A DNA stretch of 64,000 nucleotides, from NCBI RefSeq assembly GCF_000143415.4, contig NW_003314285.1, positions 1,685,471 through 1,749,470 on the forward strand, written 5' to 3'. Below are positions 57,532-64,000 of this stretch, piece by piece. Made by a program: the position numbers and the translations under genes. How positions within the stretch are numbered: the stretch's first letter is position 1; the number at the start of each line of letters is the position of its first letter. Source of the DNA: Selaginella moellendorffii (taxonomy: Eukaryota; Plantae; Lycopodiophyta). The notes beneath the pieces are model-generated. The model saw only the letters and a program-made list of their open reading frames with translations. It was not told the origin of the DNA and did no database searches.

Positions 57532-59886
57532 ATGGCGATGGCGCTCCCGCATTGCGCCATGGTTGGGAGATCTATCTCTCCGCTAGTGAAGGTCAGGAAG
57601 GTCTCGATTTCCAGAAGAGTCACGGCGTGCGCTGTTGGGGAAGGAGAACGCGCAGCATTGAGGCAAGATCGCGATAGTTCGAATCGAAATGGAACAGTCT
57701 ATGCTCGAGCCATGGATTCCATGCCTCCGGAGGGCTTTGCAGTGCTCATGTCCTGTGGCGTGGGGCTCTTGACTGGAATCGGCGTCGTAGCATTCAACTA
57801 CACAGTAAGTGATCTTTCTTGGAGAATTTTTTCTCCCAAAATCTCAGTGTTTTTCTATCCAGGTGCACGAAATCCATGACATTGTGTGGCATGGAGTTCC
57901 TCGAGTGACGTGGTTTAGATCCCAGCCGCTTGCCGAAACTTGGAAGCAGATTATGATTGTGCCTGTGGGTGGTGGATTCGTTGTTGGTTTGATCAACTTC
58001 CTACAGTCCTGGATCGATCGGAGCGACTCCAAATTGTGGACAAAGGTACAAGCTCTTTCGAGGCCGCTCTTAAAAAGCGTAGCTGCTGCTGTGACTCTTG
58101 GCACGGCCAATTCACTGGGTCCAGAAGGCCCGAGTGTGGAGATCGGTGCATCGGTTGGTAATGGCATCGGCTCAGCGTTTAGAAGTAGCCGCGAGAGAAC
58201 GCTAGCCCTCAAGGCTGCCGGATCTGCAGCAGGCATTTCATCTGGTAAAGTTCTTCATCACTTTTAAGTTGCTTGACATCTATACGTTCTTGTGAATTTT
58301 TGCAGGACTGTTGTGATTTATATACCTTTGTGGTATGCTGCAGGATTTAATGCAGCTGTAGCCGGGTGCTTCTTCGCTGTTGAATCCGTGCTAAAATCTT
58401 CACTTGCTGCTGATTCGGCTGGGTCTTTAACCACTGCCATGGTTATATTAAGTTCCGTTCTTGCCACCGTTGTTTCCCAAGCAGGACTTGGAAGCGATCC
58501 GGCTTTTAAGATTCCAAGTTATGACTTTCGATCTCCCGCAGGTATGTGACAAAAAACTTTTTTGGTGCAAGTTTGAACGGCATTCTGTGCAGAGCTCCCT
58601 TTGTATCTCGTGCTTGGTGTCATTTGTGGAGGTTTGTCGATCTCCTTGACAAAGTGTTCCGCAGCCGCTTCTTCTTTATTTGACAACCTGCAGAAATCAA
58701 CAGGCATTCCTTCAGCGTTTTTGCCACCTCTTGGGGGATTATGTGTTGCAGTGATCGCTCTTGCGTACCCGGAAGTTCTCTACTGGGGTTTCGAGAACGT
58801 CGATGCAATATTAGAGTCAAGACCCTGGGCAAGAGGTCCGCCAGCTGATCTACTTTTCCAGATTGTCGCAGCAAAAGTGGTAGCTACATCTCTGTGCCGC
58901 GGTTCTAGACTCGTTGGAGGTTTTTATGCGCCTTCTCTCTTTATTGGAGCTTCTCTGGGGTCAGCTTATGGTAAACTAGCAGGATACATTATCAGCCACG
59001 CGAATCCTATGTATCATCTCGACGCTTTGGAAGTGGCTGCGCCGCAAGCATATGCGTTGGTAAGCTACGTTGTTTTATCAACGTATGTAACTTAAATTGC
59101 ATCGCAGGTCGGAATGGCAGCAGTGCTTGCGGGAGTCTGTCAAGTGCCTTTTACATCTATTTTGCTGCTTTTTGAACTCACCCGTGACTACCGTATCATA
59201 CTACCTCTCATGGCAGCGGTTGGTCTATCATCGTGGATTGCCTCGAGCTATATTAGCCAAGAAAAGTCTGGATCACTGGATGCGACGAGTTCAAAGGATG
59301 ATAAGGAGGAACTTTGCTACGTTGAAGAGTCGTTATGCGTGACAGATGTTTCTGAAACCAAGCTGGCTAAGGAACTTCTCGTATCGGCTGCTGTTCGGGA
59401 GGACTACCTCGCAGTTACTCCAGATGCTAACGTTGAAGCCACGCTTTTTTCGATGCTTAGAGAGAAGAAATGGTGCGCGCTGGTCATTGGAAGCAACAAG
59501 TGTCTGGAAGGTATTCTTACTCTCGGAGACATCCAGGAAGAACTTCGAAAGCCTTCTGAGGTATGGACGGCAATATTTTCAGGCTGACATTGTCTTTCTT
59601 TCCCAGGTTCCTCAAAAGAAAGTATCTGATATCTGCAGGACGAACGTCGTTACTGCAAAGCTCCGTATGAATTTGGAAAGTGCTCAAAGGCTTCTAGCCA
59701 ATCGTGGCTTGAGGCAGCTTCCTGTTTTATCAGAAGATGGACAGGTTGTTGGCATCATCGATCAAGATGCGATTAAGCTAGCTTGCAGGTAAGAAGTCTT
59801 TAAGGTTTTTTCATGACAAGGAATGCATGCTAACATAATTTTCTGCCAGGGTAGAGGCAACAAAGAAGCTTCTGCCTATGCAGTGA
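57532..59886 (+). CDS. CLCe: Chloride channel CLC, CLC-e/f subclass (most like thylakoid CLC-e), multi-exon
   Basis: Transit-peptide-like N-terminus, NSLGPEGPSVEIG, AAGSAAGISSGFNAAVAGCFFAVESV, GGFYAPSLFIGA, LFELTRDYRII and C-terminal CBS domains. Confidence 0.85.
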
Positions 59887-60219
59887 ACTTGCTCTCACTC
59901 GAAGTTCTCGGAATGTTTTAACGGAAATGGTCGGCACGGGTTCCACTTCTTTTATATTTTTCAAGAACCGAGGCGTAATGCGACCTTATCTTATCAGCGG
60001 CGAGCCGTAACAGACATGGATTATGAAAATCCTTCGCACTCAGTGGGTCGTGGGCACGGACGGAAATTGCTAGAAAACTCGCACGTCTTGGGATCCTGGT
60101 GCGCTGCTTCAAGCCCCGGGGTTAAGCTTTTCCGCATGCTTCTTTGGATCGCCTCACTCGTGCTCTCGCTATGGCGCTCCAGGGCTTAAGAAGACGGCCC
60201 TGTTTCTTCTCCATGGCGG

Positions 60220-61791
60220 ATGGGGCGGTCAGATCAAGCAGGTAAGCCAGTGAGGTATTTCAGGATGCATCACCACCAGCAGCAGCAACACGGTCGAAGA
60301 TCATGTTGCCACGGTTTGAAGCTGTGGAGGATAGTGTGGAGCATACAGGTCCTTCTGGCAATGCTGGTGGTAACAGTCATGGCTACCAGCCTGGTGCGGC
60401 TCTACTTTATGGGTTTCTTCGGCAAGGACCATGCTCACTTCTTCAATCGTCCTTGGTCAACTCTGGGAGGGGACACTCAGCACATTGACAGGCAAGGGAT
60501 GGTAGTGGGTAGTCCTCAGCTAGATTCACTAGTATCAAGTGTCAGCAGTCTCCAGGGGAAAGTAGGCAAGGCTATGGAGTCGATCCAGGAGAGCATGACT
60601 ACGGGACAGGGAGAAAAATCGCCGGAGTGGCAGGAGCAGAGCAGGCTTCTGTTGGACGTTGCTGTCGCTCTTGACCAGGCCAAGTCACTCCTCATGCAGC
60701 TCAAAATCACTGGATGCGTGCAGCAGAGTACGGCAGCGTCCAAAGTCCAAGACAACAAAACCTCGAACTTGGAGTCTTCTAGCTTCGGCGTGGAGGAGAT
60801 TAACAAGTACCTTCTTCCCAGGGAGCATAGGCTGGAGCCTGGAAAGAAAAACTTCATGGGAGGGAACGCAACGTTTCCGTCCGTCGGGCTGGCCTGTGCT
60901 ACGTCGATGAAGGCAGAGCTGGAGCAGTACATGGACTACGACGTCGGAGATTACTGTCCGGATGATTGGACGCTGGGACAGAAGCTCTTGGTGCATGGAT
61001 GCGATCCTCTTCCTCGAAGGAGATGCCTTGCCCGAGCACCGCAGTTATACCAGAAGCCACTAGCTGCAAATGAGTCGCTGTGGCGGATTCCGGACAGCCG
61101 AAACGTCCGATGGAACAACTACAAGTGCAAGAACTTTGAGTGTTTGGCTGGGAACAAACCAAAGAACGGCACTTCAAACTCCTCATCCAGCAAGGGCTTC
61201 TACAAGTGCTCCGAGTGCTTCGACCTCCTTGGATATGAGAAGTGGAGATGGGTGACGGTGAATCTAAGCACAAGCACGGCTGCGGACTTCCGGATCTCCG
61301 ATGTTCTGGCGCTCAAGCCCGCGGGGGAAATCCGGATTGGAGTCGACTTTAGCGTTGGGACAGGGACGTTTGCTGCCAGGATGAAGGAGCACAACGTGAC
61401 AATCATCTCGGCCACTCTAAACCTCGGTGCACCCTTCAACGAGATGATCGCCTTGCGTGGACTCGTCCCGCTCTATCTCTCCGTCAACCAGCGCCTTCCT
61501 TTCTTCGACAATACACTGGATATATTACATACGACGCTTTTTCTGGATGGCTGGATCGATCACATCCTACTGGACTATATTCTCTTCGACTGGGACCGTG
61601 TTCTTCGTCCGGGAGGTTTGCTTTGGATCGACCGTTTCTTCTGCCCGAAGCAAGACATTGATGACTATCTTTACTTCTTCCTCCAGCTGCACTACAAGAA
61701 GCATCTCTGGGTGGTTACTCCGAAGCTGGACAAAGATGGAAAAGAGCTCTTTTTCTCGGCCGTGCTAGAGAAACCGCCCAGGCCCTTTTGA
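60220..61791 (+). CDS. Type II membrane SAM-dependent methyltransferase (Methyltransf_29/DUF248-related)
   Basis: 523-aa ORF with an N-terminal TM anchor, CPDDW, GCDPLPRRRC, IRIGVDFSVGTGTFAARM, QRLPFFDNTLD and DRVLRPGGLLW. Confidence 0.9.
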   Translation: MGRSDQAGKPVRYFRMHHHQQQQHGRRSCCHGLKLWRIVWSIQVLLAMLVVTVMATSLVRLYFMGFFGKDHAHFFNRPWSTLGGDTQHIDRQGMVVGSPQLDSLVSSVSSLQGKVGKAMESIQESMTTGQGEKSPEWQEQSRLLLDVAVALDQAKSLLMQLKITGCVQQSTAASKVQDNKTSNLESSSFGVEEINKYLLPREHRLEPGKKNFMGGNATFPSVGLACATSMKAELEQYMDYDVGDYCPDDWTLGQKLLVHGCDPLPRRRCLARAPQLYQKPLAANESLWRIPDSRNVRWNNYKCKNFECLAGNKPKNGTSNSSSSKGFYKCSECFDLLGYEKWRWVTVNLSTSTAADFRISDVLALKPAGEIRIGVDFSVGTGTFAARMKEHNVTIISATLNLGAPFNEMIALRGLVPLYLSVNQRLPFFDNTLDILHTTLFLDGWIDHILLDYILFDWDRVLRPGGLLWIDRFFCPKQDIDDYLYFFLQLHYKKHLWVVTPKLDKDGKELFFSAVLEKPPRPF

Positions 61792-61878
61792 CATCCAAGT
61801 AAATCTCGGTCTATTTTACTTTTTCGCTTTTCATATGCGTTCTTTGTAGAACATACACACAGGCAAGACAGAGAACAG

Positions 61879-63990
61879 TTATCTCCCCTCCAGTGGAGCA
61901 GTATTATACCTCCTACTCAAAACTGCAGCTGTTTCCCACTCCAGGGAGCTCTCCAGCAGCTTGGAGAGCTTAAAAGTTACGTCTTTCGTATTGGGCCGCG
62001 CATCCGGATCAGCGTCCACACAGGATCTCGCCACCTCCACAAAGTTGAGAGCTATGTCCCAAGGGACCGCATTGTCCAAGATGGGATCAGCCCAGTGCTT
62101 GAGCTTCTCAATCTTCTCATCATTGTCGTCACCAGCAAACCCGTCGGTCAGCTTCACAAACGCGTCGGCCAAGTACTGCTTTTCCGAGCCGGTGCCCGTG
62201 CTGAGAATGGCCTCCCGTCCCGTGAAGAGCTCCAGCAGTACAACGCCGAAGGCATATACGTCCACTTTGGTGGTGACAAAACCATGCGTCAGGTACTCCG
62301 GAGACATATATCCCTGCGTTCCGGCAATGTGCTTGGTGAGAGCCGCATCGTTCACCAGTCTGGCCATCCCGAAGTTGGCAACTTTGGCACGCAGATTGGC
62401 GTCCAGCAATATGTTGCTGCTCTTCACGTCCTTGTGCACGAAGCTGGGCTTGGTGTAGTCGTGAATGTACTCGAGGCCCGTGGCAACGTCCATAGCTACC
62501 TGGAGTCTCGTGTTCCAGCTCAGGAAAGCCGAAGACACCGACGCCGAGCCCATGGGAGCGTTCTCTATCTTAGACATCGCAGTAGCGGCAGGGGTCCTGT
62601 TATGGAGGCAGCTGCTCAAGGAGCCATTGTCGGCATACTCGTAAACCAGGAACAGCTTGTCGTCACCGCTGCAAATTCCAATCAGCTTCACCAGGTTGCT
62701 GTGGTGGACTTTGCACAGGATTTTCAGCTCCTGGGACGTGGTTCCTCCCTTCATCTCCTTGATGGCAACCAGCTGCTTCCGGAGTATTCCCCGGTAAACA
62801 GAACCTTGGATGAGATGAGAAGCACTGAAGTTGTTTGTGGCGTCGCAGAGCTCCTCATACGAGAACACGACTGGCCTCTCCGAGTCGACGAGGCCATGCA
62901 TCCCCGCAAGGAGAGGTGCGTGCGGAGACGGCTGCTCTTTCGACGGCTCGGCGTAGCTGCTGCTCACGGAGCTCCCAAACGCGCCAAAGTTGCGGTCATC
63001 CTTGCTGCCGCCGTGGCCATAGCTGGACTTCTGCAAGGACGCCTTCGTCACCTTTCTCGGCCTCCGCCTGTAGAAGATGACGAGCGCCAGGACGACGAGA
63101 AGAACCGCCGCTACGCAGGCCACTGCAATGCCAACGTACATCCCAGTGTTGCTGCCGGAAGACGACGAAGAGTCCGGAGAAGGAGAATTATTTGGGGGAT
63201 TATTCGCGGGAGGCGGAGCCGCCGGCGAAAGCGTCTGGCGAGGCAGCGGTGGCGGGTCTTGGCTCGCCCTTAGCAGCAGTGTCGTGAAGGCTTGCAAGTT
63301 GGAGTCCTGGACAGCACTCCCGGACACCGTATTATCGGAAGCTAGCCGAGTCCGTGAAACGTTCCAGGCCCTGGCGATCCCGTCCAAGATCTCCCCCGGC
63401 CAGATGCTGTAAGTCACCAGCGACGTCACCCCCGCGGCGACTTGTGCGGAGCTCGGGCATGCGCAGCGGATGGGGAAGACTATCGAATCGCCAGGCTGCA
63501 AGTTCGTGGGAACCGCCAGTGGGTTTGCGCGCTCCACCGCCTGGTACGTCGTCAATCCTTGGAAGGTCCCGTTGGAGACGAGATAGAGCGTATCTCCTGA
63601 CTGGATGATGTAGGTGGCGTTGAACTGGGAGCGTCCGGAGGCGCAGGAGCAGTTCAAGGGGATGAGGAGGACCTGGTCGGGGACGAGCGTCGCGGACTGG
63701 GCGATTTGCGAGGCCTCGGCGAGCTGCTCCACGCTCAATCGAAAGCGGAGGCCGACCGACTGGAGAGTGTCGCCCTGGAGAGCTCGGTACGCTGCGTAGG
63801 CCTGGCAGGAAGTGGAGTTACTGACGCAGCTATAGCCCTCTTGGTCGGATTCGATGTAGGCTTGCTGGGCATTCGCGGATGGATCGCTCCATAGCAGCAG
63901 GAGAACCAGCAAAGCGGTGGAGATCATCCCGAGCAGTGGCGATGGCGATCGCCGCAGCGGCATCGGAAATCTAGCCCCCGCGATCGCCAT
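61879..63990 (-). CDS. LysM receptor-like kinase, LYR type (LYK4/LYK5/NFP-like, predicted inactive kinase)
   Basis: 703-aa intronless ORF: signal peptide, three LysM repeats separated by CSC and CAC, Pro/Ser linker and TM helix. The kinase has a degenerate Gly-loop (IQGSVY), HKD, and NFG in place of DFG. Confidence 0.95.
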   Translation of the reverse strand: MAIAGARFPMPLRRSPSPLLGMISTALLVLLLLWSDPSANAQQAYIESDQEGYSCVSNSTSCQAYAAYRALQGDTLQSVGLRFRLSVEQLAEASQIAQSATLVPDQVLLIPLNCSCASGRSQFNATYIIQSGDTLYLVSNGTFQGLTTYQAVERANPLAVPTNLQPGDSIVFPIRCACPSSAQVAAGVTSLVTYSIWPGEILDGIARAWNVSRTRLASDNTVSGSAVQDSNLQAFTTLLLRASQDPPPLPRQTLSPAAPPPANNPPNNSPSPDSSSSSGSNTGMYVGIAVACVAAVLLVVLALVIFYRRRPRKVTKASLQKSSYGHGGSKDDRNFGAFGSSVSSSYAEPSKEQPSPHAPLLAGMHGLVDSERPVVFSYEELCDATNNFSASHLIQGSVYRGILRKQLVAIKEMKGGTTSQELKILCKVHHSNLVKLIGICSGDDKLFLVYEYADNGSLSSCLHNRTPAATAMSKIENAPMGSASVSSAFLSWNTRLQVAMDVATGLEYIHDYTKPSFVHKDVKSSNILLDANLRAKVANFGMARLVNDAALTKHIAGTQGYMSPEYLTHGFVTTKVDVYAFGVVLLELFTGREAILSTGTGSEKQYLADAFVKLTDGFAGDDNDEKIEKLKHWADPILDNAVPWDIALNFVEVARSCVDADPDARPNTKDVTFKLSKLLESSLEWETAAVLSRRYNTAPLEGR

Positions 63991-64000
63991 TGGAATGGGA

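Overview
Eukaryotic plant nuclear DNA. Very short introns (about 50-65 bp), tight gene spacing and many PPR genes suggest the lycophyte Selaginella; this is an inference, not a database result. Two gene-dense GC-rich arms flank an AT-rich, transposon-laden core. The left arm (1-16 kb) holds an mRNA capping enzyme, a head-to-head PLS-E and PLS-DYW PPR pair, a GH47 alpha-1,2-mannosidase and a P-class PPR. The right arm (48-64 kb) holds IQM, BAHD, UMAMIT, MPH1, PsbW, CLC-e, a methyltransferase and a LYR-type LysM receptor pseudokinase. The core (16-48 kb) contains a solo LTR, a 12.9-kb degenerate LTR element with a nested chromovirus, and a young short-LTR Ty3/gypsy element. It also holds a small family of AT-rich, intronless secreted proteins: an unrecognised N-terminal domain fused to a GNA/bulb-type mannose lectin (two intact genes, one disrupted). 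Main observations: that lectin family; a tandem lectin-PPR-IQM duplication resolved by reciprocal gene loss; a complete -1 frameshift signal (slippery site plus H-type pseudoknot); a Tf1-like self-priming signature; a compact MPH1-PsbW-CLCe thylakoid gene cluster; and relics compacted by serial deletions.
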